This document shows, piece after piece, positions 1 through 11,862 of a stretch of DNA of 64,000 nucleotides. Position 1 is the stretch's first letter. Every line of letters begins with the position of its first letter. The DNA comes from Nymphaea colorata (Eukaryota), in the NCBI RefSeq assembly GCF_008831285.2, contig NC_045138.2, forward strand, positions 30,628,001 to 30,692,000, written 5' to 3'. A model generated the notes under the pieces. It made no database searches, was not told where the DNA came from, and saw only the letters and a list, made by a program, of their open reading frames with translations. The position numbers and the translations under genes were made by a program.

Positions 1-820
1 TTGTGAATTTAAATATGAATATTAGAAAGTCATCAGACAATACAAATACAATCGAATCTATTGATATCTCTATCCATTCACAGGAAGTCCATAGATGGGT
101 TTCTTGGTGATCTAAGCAGCAATGAAGCGCCACTAAAACATGGAAGTGCTGTGTTCGGAAACTCTTATTTAATAAAATAATGAGCAAGCGGCAAGGAATT
201 AAAAAAAGTCACGGAATGCATTTGGCGGCGGAGCAATCAAGCGCCACCCAAAATTTTAGGGACTTGACAAAAAACTGGCCGATTTTAGATCTCAATAATA
301 AATATAAAATATAATTGGTGCCTGAAAGTATGCACTTGCTGTCGATTTTCGATTCCTCAGGCCCGGAAAACTCTGAACCCATTCATGGAAGCTGGTCCTT
401 TCGTGGCTTATAATTAGCAAAAAAAAAGAAAAGAAAAATTGTCAATTTCATCGGCATGTTCCAGAACGGAAAGTACCAAAAGATTTATAATTATATAATC
501 GAAGGCTCTTCGCAAAATCTCGAACTTTATGTCCCTTTGAAAATGAAGGAATGCAATCCTGCATCTAAATGTTTTTGTTAAATCAATGGCGATGAGAAGG
601 GAAGAGCAGAAAGCTGGGGGCTTCCTTTCCTCACTATGGGAAACACAGTTTTATTGTTACTGTACCGACGACAGTACGGTGCTGACGACAAGTCCCCACC
701 ATGCACACAAGAGAGAGTAAATGGAGGGGACGCCTCCATTAGCTGGTTCGCCCAGTGAAGCTCTCGCTTTTGAAGCAACTGTTGCTGCAAATTTTTGGTC
801 CCACCGGCAAGCAATGAACC

Positions 821-821
<1 letters not shown>

Positions 822-871
<50 letters not shown>

Positions 872-1012
872 CTCATCTATCAGCAGACGTCGACATGATG
901 AACAGTGCCAACTGTCTGTCTTTTCTCATCTTTTCTCCGTTTCTTCCTTTTTCGGGTTTTTTTGTTTGTTTAGGTTTTCTTGCAGCAGGAGGAAGGAGGA
1001 AGCAGCAGCCGC

Positions 1013-1047
<35 letters not shown>
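822..1047. repeat. Two (AG)n microsatellites (about 822-869 and 1015-1047)
   Basis: Pure AG dinucleotide runs. They account for the ERER/LSLS ORFs in this region. Confidence 0.95.
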
Positions 1048-1050
<3 letters not shown>

Positions 1051-2856
1051 GGAGGAAGAGGCCAACTTGACAAGCAATCTTCTGATGGGTTCTGATATTC
1101 TTGTTGTTGACTGGAAATGCAAGTCATGATGATGATGATGGTGATGATCTGCCATTGTTGATGGAGGGGCTGAGCCTGAGCTTCAAGTGGTACAGTGGCA
1201 GGGGCCTGGCGAACACAGGAATCAGATGAACACGTCTCTCTTCCTCTTGGATTGCTTCTGCCGTGTTCTCACCAGCAACCGCGTAGTAGCTAGCCAGGAA
1301 ACATGCAAGTTGCCTGCATGCACCTACACACACATATGCAATTATAATAATAATAATAAATAATATGATAGAACATGTGTATTCACAAACACAGATTTTT
1401 TTTTGAAAATCAGGTCAAATTAAAGTTTCTAAATTTTGATTAGAGCTGAAATATTATTTTTTAAAATTTTTATATAAAATAAGTGAAATTATTTAAAATT
1501 TACATATAATTTACAAAAAAAACTTTTTTTGAGGTGGAGCTATGGCCCAAGCGGGCCCTACCTTGGCTTTGCTCCTGTGTGTACCCAATTATTGGGTTTG
1601 GCCGGATGAATCCTCCGGCCTCTTAGAGCACTAGCTTCAACGGGATGAGAGAGGATCAAGGAAACCACATTTTTCCTAATTAGAGAGAGTTGGTGAAGCA
1701 AGTTGAACATTCCAATTCATTGTTGGATTTAAATTTTGGGAAAGGGATAAGAGTTTGGTTATCTATTTAGTTCACAGATATGCATGAGATTTAGTAGGAT
1801 CAATTTTCTAAGTGGGTCAAACAGGTTACTGATTAAGATTATATAGAAACCAAACCTGAATCAAACGCAAGTTGGATGGAGTTAGTTAAGATTAAATAGA
1901 AATCAAACCTAGGAATTGATCAATTTAAAAAAATGGAAAGGAAACAACTTGTACAGCTCTAAAATTTCAATATTGATCTAAAATTTATGAACATGTCAAT
2001 ATTGATCTAAAATTTCAACAATTACATGGTTTAGGATATCTTATCTACATCCAAATGCAGTTGATCAAACGAAACGTTACTTTAGAACTGAAACGATGAC
2101 ATAATTGTCGGTAAGATTCCGGAAAAATAGCTTAATAAAATACTTTTCAATTGCAAGTTCACGTAAAAAATATTACAAATATATTTAAATAAAAAAAAAA
2201 CCTTGTTCGTTCTGGTTGCACATCTTGAGTGATCTATGCAAGCAAGGAAGTGTTCGTATTGGCTCAACTGCTTCTTGCTTTATTTTTCAGCTTTTGATTC
2301 TCTAGTCCTGCTTTTGACCAAAAAAAGGGGTCAAATTAATGACTATTTATTCATTAAATTAGTCTAAGGATCATCAACGTGTTTCATTCATGAAAAAAAA
2401 ATCGAATTGACGAATTATAAATATATATATATTAAAAAAATCATTATAGTTAAGGTATTTTGTTGATCTAAAAAAAACATATATTTAATATTACTAATAG
2501 ACAATGGTTTTGTATTTTCAAAAGCAGACGAACGGTTGAACCTACTCTGCCCATGTTCATCTTAATTTTAAGCGATATAAAAGCGTAACATGAACGCTTA
2601 TAAGGCTTTAACATATTTTTTTAGTAAGTGTGAACTAAGAACTTTCATCAATTGGGATATTATCTTTATAAGTGTGAATTTATGACAAACGGCTCGTAAG
2701 TATAATCAATTCTTGTGTTTGAATCTGCACATTCGAATCGACTTTGCCCCTTTTAATACTACTAATCTTCTAAATTTCATGGATTTTTAATTATTTTAAA
2801 CAAAAAACATATTTGTAGTCAACCTGATTTACGAACGATTCTGATGTGGATATAAT

Positions 2857-3232
2857 TAGGTCTGCACAACCAGTCGAGCCAACTCAGGTTCGACTTGAAC
2901 TCGCTCGAAAAAACTCGGCGTCTCCTCAACTTACAATGATACTCGAAACGATAAACGAGTTGGGTTTGAGTTTCAGAAACTCAACTCATTTAACTTCGAC
3001 TCGATTCATTATATATAATATTATGAAAACCGTTTTCACATGTTACACGAGTTAAATGAGTTACATGAGTTGAACAAGTTAATGCTTACACGAGTTAACG
3101 CCTAAACGAGTTAAATGAGTTAAACGGGTCGAGTTCGAGCTTGAGTCAAGTTTGAGCCGAGCCCAAGTTTTTTGAGCCGAGTCGAGTTCAAGCTGCCAAG
3201 TTCGGGTTCGACTCGGCTTGTGTGCAGCCCTA
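2857..3232. mobile_element. Non-autonomous hAT-type element (MITE)
   Basis: Terminal inverted repeats TAGGTCTGCACA / TGTGCAGCCCTA. 8-bp target-site duplication GATATAAT (2849-2856) / GATACAAT (3233-3240), 7/8 match. Many subterminal CTCGA/TCGAG-like motifs. Confidence 0.85.
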
Positions 3233-3727
3233 GATACAATTCATCATCCTTATGCCTACCAAAGCTGTTTTTGATAAGACCGTTCAAGTTCAACTACCAC
3301 ATCATCATTGAATATTAGACTAGATTGAATGCGGCCAAAGTGACACAAGACTTGTGCTTCAAGAAACATAGCGTAGATGGTTGAGCTAGCGGTGGGACGT
3401 GATACCTAATTGACTACTTTTGACTATGCAAGCCAAAGGCTTCAAGGTTTCGACTTCTTTTGTCAGACAGACAAGTGAGTTGTAATCCTCTTCTTCACCA
3501 CATCACTTTTAGAAAAAAAAAAATATTTTCATTATTTTTTGCAGTTTTTTATAAATAAATTGTGATTTAATTTTACTTATAAAAAAGATTTAAAAATTTG
3601 AAATCGAGAAAATAAAGGGGAAGGTCAGCAGATGTGCATGTATGAGTACATGTGCAAAAGAAATGGCATCAAATTTCTAACGGTTTGTTTTGGTGGACTC
3701 CCTCACAAAAAAAAAAAAAAAAAAAAA

Positions 3728-4903
3728 GGACCACAGTTATAACTTTCCTGCCTGGAAGGGAATGTGGAGCCCGCAGATGGCTGGCTGATCCCAGATGCAT
3801 CACTGACTTGTCAGCCACTCCCCGCCTATGTGCGAGCGACAAACTTCACCTTCCTCTCCTCCTCTCTCTTTTTCTTTCCGGCGACAAAATATCGGGAAAA
3901 GAAAATCCCCTGAAAACTATTATCCGTCTCAACCACGGGGAAGAAGAAAACCGACCCCCAATCTTCGGCAGTGATTTTGCTGAATGCCGAAAATGCCCCG
4001 GTCGGCCAGGACCTGCCCTTCAATGATTGGCCGCGGTGCTGACAGGAGGAAAAGGACAAAAGGGTCCTTGTGGGGGGGAGGGGTTCGCCCGATGCCACTG
4101 CCTGCCGGAGCAACAAAAACTTTTCGGAATTTGGGCTTCACGGAAAAGTTATTATTATTTATCGTCTTTTTTTGTTTTTAGAATTATTGGTTCTAGAGAG
4201 AGAAAGATGTGTGGAGGCAGGGGAGGCGTGGGGCCCGCGTGTCGAGGGTATATTAGGACAGGAGGAGTGGGTCCCAGCGTCCGGTCCGTCTGGCCCCGAC
4301 CCTGTCCGCCTTCCCGCGAAAAATGGGAACCAACTCAAACGCTTCCCCTTACAAGGTAGGTATGTTATCGAAGATCGTAATATCTAGAATTAAAAGAGGA
4401 AACTTACCAAGGATCACAAAGTATTTCCATCATAAACTTAGGGCGATTCGAAGGCATTAATCTTTGTGAAGAATGTGCGTTAACTACGGGAAGGACAATA
4501 AATAGGGGATCGAGTACAGGGGGATTGGGGTGTCTCTGCGTTGGGCATGAAGCCGTGACACCTCATTCCGATATTCCCATTTCTTATTAAAGCCACCGGA
4601 AAAAGGGAACTCGGATGAACTGAGATTTGCAGCCACCGGAAGAGAGAGAGTGGTGGGCCCGCTTTCAATCTTGTCCTGTGGTTTTCCTGATCCAACGGCA
4701 GCAGGTGCTCCGGCTCCTTGTTTAACGTGCACGAAAGCCACCACTCCTCGCCCCCAACTATATTACCTCTTCCTTTTATATATTATATTAAGGCAGACGT
4801 TGTACCTCGCAGTTTATGCCTAGTTGAGCTACGTAGCTCGACGGCGGTCCCAACGGCGCCGGCCTTGCTCTTTCCTCTCCCCTTCTCCGTCTCCTTCTAT
4901 AAG
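3728..4903 (+). promoter_or_regulatory. CYP734A upstream region with TCP-type motifs and a candidate TATA box
   Basis: GGACCAC at 3728, GTGGGGCCC at 4228, GTGGGTCCC at 4267, GTGGGCCC at 4653. TATAAG at 4898-4903, followed by a CT-rich leader before the ATG at 5097. Confidence 0.5.
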
Positions 4904-5096
4904 TAGCCCCTCCGCCTCCCGCTCTCTCTACTTCTCCCCCTCCCCCACAACATCAATTCTTCTGCTGGTGAGAGAGCGGAAGCAGTAGTCAGCGGCTCGG
5001 CATTGGCCAGACCAAAGACAGAAGGGTGTAGATTCTGTAGAACTTCGGCTCCCTGCTTCTCTCTGTTTACTTGTGTCTGTTTCTTTGGGGAGGGAG

Positions 5097-7866
5097 ATGG
5101 GGGAGGTGTTCTTCTTGTGGGTGGTGGTGGTTCTGATGGGGTTGGGGGTGGGGTTGGTGAAGGCGTGGGCGGTGGTGTGGTGGCGGCCGCGGATGATAGA
5201 AGCCCACTTCGGGAAGCAGGGGGTGAGGGGTCCTCCCTACCGGCCGTTCGTCGGCAACGTCCGGGAGATGGTCTCCATCATGCTTCACGCCTCCGCCCTC
5301 CCCATGCCCCTCTCCCACAACATCCTTCCCAGAGTCCTCTCCTTCTACCATCACTGGAAGAAGATCTACGGTACTCTTCTCCCTTTCTCTCTCTCTCTCT
5401 CTTTGTTCCTCTCTCTAGATGTGGGTCGTATCTTTTGTGCTTTTCCTGTTGTATTGGCTTGTCTCTTTTCAATTCCTTTTTCTTGTTATCAAGGTTTTCA
5501 CGGTGACAGCTCGTACTTCCCCCTGTTTCTTTTTTACTCTTTCTCTGTACCGATTGTCTTTTCCTTCTTTTTTTTCCATCTGCTCTGCACAGTTTTAATG
5601 GCTCTGTCTCTCTCTCGCCTTCTATTGGGATAACCGATCTGGAGATGGAACGTTTGCGCAGGTGGCACGTTTCTGATATGGTTCGGGCCAACGCCGAGGC
5701 TGGCCGTCGCCGACCCCGAGCTCATCCGCGAGATTTTCTTCTCCAAATCGGAGCTCTACGAGAAGTACGAGTCCGACCCTCTGGTTCGCCAGCTCGAAGG
5801 CAATGGTCTCCTCAGCCTCAAGGGAGAAAAGTGGGCTGCCCACCGTCGGATCATCGCCCCAACCTTCCATATGGAAAACCTCAAGGTATTCCCCCTACCC
5901 TTTCTCGCTTTTCTTCTTCTTTTTCCTCTTCCGCCTTAACCTCTCGTCTTTTCTCCCAGGCGCTGATTCCGGCGATCGGGCAGGCGGTCGTGCAAATGGT
6001 TGAGGAATGGGAGCGGGAGTCTCCGGAATCGGATTCGGGCGAGAGAGACATCGACGTCTCGGATCGTTTCCAGAGGCTGACGGGGGAAGTCATCACCAGA
6101 AGCCTGTTCGGAGCGAGTAGCTACGAAGATGGCAAGGAAGTCTTCAGGCTTCAGAGCCAGCAGATGACGTTCGCCGCAGAGTCCTTCAACAAGGTCATGC
6201 TGCCCGGATACAGGTACCCATCTAAATTTAAATTGTTCCGATGAGAGAGAGAAAGGGAGAACTGAGAGGAATCCCCGGCTGAGCAGACGAACATTGTCTC
6301 AGATTCCTGCCGACGAAGCTCAACGCTCTGTCCCGGCGGCTCAACAGAGACGTCAAGAAATCGCTGGCGGCGTTAATACAGAAGAAGTACGCGGCCATCA
6401 AGCAGCCGGGGAGGAACGACCCTGAGCTCAGCCAGGAAGATGACCTGCTGGGGAGGATGATAGCGGCCAGCGAGCGGTCCGCCACTCTGTCGCCGGACAG
6501 CGGAAACGGCGGCGCCGCCGGCGCTAGGTTCACGGCGGATGACATCGTGGAGGAGTGCAAGGCCTTCTTCTTCGCAGGCAAGCAGACGACGTCCAACATG
6601 CTGACGTGGACGACAGTGTTGCTGGCCATGCACCCCGACTGGCAGGAGGCGGCACGTGCCGAGGTCCTCCAGCACTGCGGCTCACGTGCCGTCCCCACTA
6701 AGGACTCCATACACAAGCTCAAGACGGTATATATGGCATATCCCCGCCCTACCCTCTTCTTTCTTTTCATTTCCAAAATTAATTTTAAAATTTCATAGAA
6801 AATACAATGTACAATATTACAATTTCTAATTTAACAAAAACTTTAAATTTCTTCTCGAGTAAGACGAATTGGGAAGAGTTCTCAATTTCATCAGGAGAGT
6901 TTTTTTTTTTTTTTTTTTTGAAAACCCCAAAGGGGAAAATAAGATAGGGGCCGATTGAAGGGTAGTTTTGTCATTTGTGTGGAACAGCAGTTCGTTATCG
7001 CTCCCCCACCTCAAGTACGCGATGGAAGAGGAATGCCGGGCTGCAGCTGGAAGGGCGTTTTCGTCAATCCGTTAAATGCTTTTATTACTTAGTTTAAAAA
7101 CCTTAGATCCGACGTACACAAAATTCCAAGTATTTAAGAAATCGTTAATTTTTGTGGTACCCGAAAGAAATAATGCGGTTGAATAATGACTAAAACGCCC
7201 TTGAGTCCAGGGGGCCCCTAAAGCAAAACAAAACAAAAAGAAAGCTCTCGTTTTTATCACGTTTTTTTAGCAAAGCAGCCGTTACATCATCCGGTTGCGC
7301 CGGAATTACCCAGCTGTCCCTGAGTCCGTCTGAAAATGACAGTACCCTCGCCTCTGCTGCCCGGCTCACATTTCACTTCGGTGTTCCTGTTCTTTGTTTG
7401 GACGCAGATAAGCATGATCCTGAACGAGTCGATGAGGTTGTACCCACCCGCGGTGGCGGCGATACGCCGGGCCAAGTCCGACGCTATGCTCGGCGGCTAC
7501 CGGATTCCGGCCGGCACGGAGCTCCTCATTCCGATACTGGCTGTCCACCACGACCCGAGGCTGTGGGGGAACGACGCGACCGAGTTCAACCCCGGGCGGT
7601 TCGCGGACGGAGTGGCGCGGGCGGCGAAGCACCCGATGGCTTTCCTTCCATTCGGGCTGGGGCCCAGGACGTGCGTCGGCCAGAACCTGGCCCTTCTTCA
7701 GGCCAAGATCGTGCTCGCTGTCATCCTCCAGCGCTTCTCCTTCCGGCTCTCCCCTTCCTATAGGCACTCCCCGTCTGTGCTCATGCTGCTTTACCCGCAA
7801 CACGGTGCTCCAATCTCCTTTAAGCCGTTGGAGCCTAGCCATGGCAGCCGCCGCCGTTCCTCGTAG
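5097..7866 (+). CDS. CYP734A1: Cytochrome P450 CYP734A (BAS1-like, brassinosteroid-inactivating C-26 hydroxylase family), 544 aa. Exons 5097-5370, 5662-5885, 5960-6213, 6303-6726, 7408-7866
   Basis: All four introns are GT-AG and the exons join in frame (1635 nt). N-terminal membrane anchor, then WWRPR..E.HF.KQG.RGPPY and SHNILPRVLSFYHHWKKIYG. I-helix FFFAGKQTT, K-helix ESMRLYPP, FNPGRF, and heme motif FGLGPRTCVG. Confidence 0.93.
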
Positions 7867-9749
7867 CATCTCCGCCGCCATGATCTGCTCTTCTTTCTCC
7901 TGTCTTCTCCTTTTCCTGTATGTAGTCCAATACGTACAATTTTTTTTTGTTTTGTATACGACCTTGTAATTTTCGAGAAAATGTTTTCTACAGTAATGAA
8001 TGAATTCATAAACCGTTGGGTGCCAACATCTTCAACTAGATTGTCTTTGTTCATTTGTGGGTTAAAGATTTAAATGCCGGATTGTTTTGTTAATCGACAA
8101 GTGGTTGCCTGCTTGGCCTCAGCTTACTCACAGAGAAGATTACTCACAGAGAAGATACGGGCAATGAAGAATTTGGATAAAGATGTGCTCCTGTTTCTTG
8201 TTACCAGAAAAATTGAATCAAAATTGGGCACGACAGTTTGGATTAGGAAGATGAGAGTTTGAAGCCACCAGCTAAATCTTGCTCTATATCCTTAGATCTG
8301 TCATTAACACCACTAACTTCAGGCTACCAACAAACCATCACATGATTGAATGCACCGATTCATGTGAATATAACAGGGCGCCATGAATTTTGCAGGCAAG
8401 CAGCAGATCATTCTGCCTAATAACCGGCAGGGTGTGAAAAGAGATTCTCCAAAAACCCAAAATCGTCTTGCATCAGATCCTGGCAAATCCAAATCCCCTG
8501 CACCACAATCTCCTTGTTAAAGAAACAACTACCATTTCTCCGTCGGAAGCTCAATATTCCCAAGACTGCTGAGTACTGTAAGTCATTAATAATTAGTCCA
8601 TGTATAAAAAAGACGGCAACAACCATGCTGCTCCTTTTAAAAAAACGACATTATTGTCATTCTTTTGTACTCCAAGAACCTTCTCAGAGATGCAAAGTCC
8701 ACCTACTGGGTCCGGCGCCCTCTGACCGGCGGGCGACTTCGCCGGCCCCACTGCTCTGTTGGGTCCCACCTCACATTATCAAAGATGTTTTGGCAGCAAA
8801 CGCAAGCATCTCATTGGCACATAATTGTTAGTTTCTCAGGGAGAGGAGATCAGTCATCTCTCCACACCTTGCATGCATGTAAAAAATCCGCGACCGAAAA
8901 GCAGAGCATGAAGAAACAAAACCATGACGCAGTTCTGATGAAAGAGAGATGAGTTCTCAGAAGCAGGAAAACATGGCGTACTGAAAACTTCAAAAGATGA
9001 GAGAGAGAGAGAGAGAAAAGACATGCCAATCTCATTCTCCCGCAAAAGATACCGCAAAAAAAGGACACAAATCATTTTTCTGCCCCAGGAATTATTGCTG
9101 AATCTTGCCGTCCAAATGGAGCCACCGTTTAAAATATCTACAAATGGGCACTAAAGCCAAGTGAATTCTGTCACAAACCATTTATTGGATTTTGTTTTGT
9201 TATCGGCTGCCATGTTTCAATTCCCCTGTCCACACTCTTCTTCTTGCTCCATGTTCAAAATAAAGTTTCGAGTTTCATGTTGGTAGCTTCTTAGCATAAT
9301 TTATGCAGTCTCGCATTTAAAGGGCACCACAGTTAGTTGAATGATCAAATTTTTTATGTGATTAGGTATCTAGAAAGATATTTTAACATAACTCTGGTAC
9401 ATTTTCGGGCATTTATGTCCCTTCCTGCAAGTTGGTTTATTTATAGCAGTTGCATTCCTCTACTCAAATCTCAATAATGGTGTCACTATCTCGATCGGGG
9501 TGAGAGACATGTTTGTTGGTTTAATCGTTGATCTTGCAACCATGCAAAGTTAGACAGAAGAGCTCCCTTGAACTCTAAGAGCCGTCGCCCATGCTCCTGC
9601 TCTGAGAAAACGGGAGAAGAAACCTTGTCCAAGGCTTGGATCGAGTTTTCAACAAGTGGGTATATCTTATTGGTAGCTAGCATTTATATGTCAAATGCAT
9701 GTACCATAGAAAGTTTTTGGTGAACAAAGATGAAATCCTGTCCTATGGC

Positions 9750-11300
9750 CCCTCCGCTACTCCTAGGGTTTAGAGCTACTTCGGTGTTGAGTTGGGTCCC
9801 ATGCCGCAGATTAGTTAGCCAATGCTTTCCCACATTGGCATAATGGGTGGTTGGAGCCCATGCTATTTTAACAAGCTACGTGCTTCCTACCAATCACTAG
9901 CGGAAGTCGGTGTGTCCCCACTTTTCGGTGTGATGTAAAGCGTAACATTTGGAGATAGACATATGAAACATTTTTTTTTCTCTTTTATTTTTTTTAATGA
10001 CTACAACCCCTGAAACCTCTAAGGGTTGGCGCACTAGCTTGGCTCAATGGTTGCATATGACTATTACATAGCCAACTTAAATACTTGTTGATTTCTTGCA
10101 CTATCCAACGTAACTCTGGATCCTAAAGACAAAGAGAAGGAACATGACGACCCTTTAAAAGGAGAAACCCTAGGGAGCAATACCTTAGGGTGAGTTGCTA
10201 TAAATATTATCTATTAGCGTCATTAAATGTTGTCGCTATAGCTCATAGATTGGTCACGCAGGCAAGACTAGAAGGCATTTCCCTTCTCAACCATGAGAAA
10301 AGCCGTCATTAAATGTTGTCGCTATAGCTCATAGATTGGTCACGCAGGCAAGACTAGAAGGCATTTCCCTTCTCAACCATGAGAAAAGCAGCAGAGTTTA
10401 GTTACAAGTACCGGGAAGCGGCGTCGTTATATGTGCCGACAGTGACAATATTGCCTTGATCTGCCACCATCTAATGATCAGTGATTCTGCTTCATCTTTC
10501 ACATCTTTTCCCATGCTCATAGAACATCATTTCATGTCAATTACTCGCAAATTAGTAACAATTTGCTCACAGATTGTACTATTGTGGATCAAAAGCCTGT
10601 TTCGATCTTTCAACGGGTTTTCAGCAGCATTGTACAGACGTGTAAAAGGCTATAAGCCTCTAGCTAGGCCCTTCTTTCTTCTCTCAAACACTTAAAAGGG
10701 GAGATTCTTTGCGTTGATAATTGCTCAGTTTTTGTTGTCACATCAGGTCCGCACCATCTTTTGAAAGAAGGAGACCTCCCGTCAGCATCATGAAAGCACT
10801 AGAGACGATGACAAGATGGAGTATGATGATATTGCCAAGCGTCTCTTTTGGGTGTTGGCCGGCCGGCATGCCCATATTGAGGCAGGTGAGAATATCTCCG
10901 GGAAATCTTCACACTGTGAAGCACATGCCTCTTCAATTTAACGGGGAAGCGATCCCTTGGGGAGGGGAAACCTGGCCTAGCTGATTTAACTTGTCATAGC
11001 TGTGGCTAGCTCTGTATGGTAGAACTCAACGGACCTTGGCTCTAGAGGCGGAGACCCATATGAGCCAGAGGGCAGGTAAGACAAGACGAGAGGACCAACA
11101 AGTTTTATCTATGGAGGCACTGCCCATGCAACTGCTACAATGGATCTAGTTGCTAGTTCAACTAATTTTTTGTTCGTTCAACCATTGCGGGTTGCCTGGA
11201 GTTTTAGTTAATTAAGTGTAAATCATTGTGCAACTATATTTGTGATTTTGATTCTTTATCCTTCTGTTGCTTCGAATGGTTGAATTTGGCTCTGATACTA
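9750..11300 (-). mobile_element. Heavily decayed Ty3/gypsy LTR-retrotransposon internal remnant
   Basis: The minus strand near 11288-11300 reads TAGTATCAGAGCC, one mismatch from the tRNA-iMet primer-binding site TGGTATCAGAGC. Broken gag-like words (QCEDF) near 10900-10960 and chromodomain-like LVK*HGL....WE near 9825-9880. No intact ORF or paired LTRs; boundaries are approximate. Confidence 0.5.
10218..10389. repeat. Perfect 86-bp tandem duplication
   Basis: CGTCATTAAATG...GAGAAAAGC occurs at 10218-10303 and again at 10304-10389. Confidence 0.95.
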
Positions 11301-11434
11301 ATTTTAAATAGGCCTGCATGCATGTTCAATCCCACTAAGTGATCTTATTGTGTAATCTTAATTTAGTAATATTTTTCACGCACTAAGCCAATTGGGATGG
11401 ACCATATTTGGGTTAGCTTTGTTTTAGGTTGTTA

Positions 11435-11862
11435 TAGTCTGCACAACAAGTCGTGCCAACTAGGGTTCGACTCGAATTTGCTCGAAAAAACTCATATCGA
11501 GCTCAACCTTCTCATAAATAAATTGAGTTCGAGTTTAAATTTACAGTCAAAATGTTAAACGAATTGAGTTCGAGTTGTACAGACTCGACTTATTTAAACT
11601 CGGCTCGGCTCGCTCAACTCAACTACGTTAAAACAGTTCATCATAGTTGAGCTAGTTAAATGAGTCAATGAGTTAAACAAGTTGACGAATTAGACAAGTT
11701 AATAGAAACTAGGTAGCTTAACTGAAGCAAGTTAAACGAGTTAAGCAAGTCGAGCTCGAGCTTGTTGCTATACAATCATGTTCAGCTCGAGTTTGTTCTA
11801 TGGAGTTCAACACAAGTTTCAGCCGAGATCAAGTTTTTTGAGTTGGCTCGTGTGTAGCCCTA
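11435..11862. mobile_element. hAT-type MITE, same family as 2857-3232
   Basis: Starts TAGTCTGCACAACAAGTCG and ends TGTGTAGCCCTA. Collinear similarity with the 2857 copy; the target-site duplication is degenerate. Confidence 0.8.

Noticed and set aside
578..1333. Overlapping short ORFs with ERER, LSLS and poly-His runs
   Set aside because: They are translations of (AG)n and (GAT)n microsatellites, with no recognisable domain or peptide-hormone motif.
6228..7881. Long antisense and alternate-frame ORFs over CYP734A exons
   Set aside because: Expected shadows of GC-rich coding sequence.
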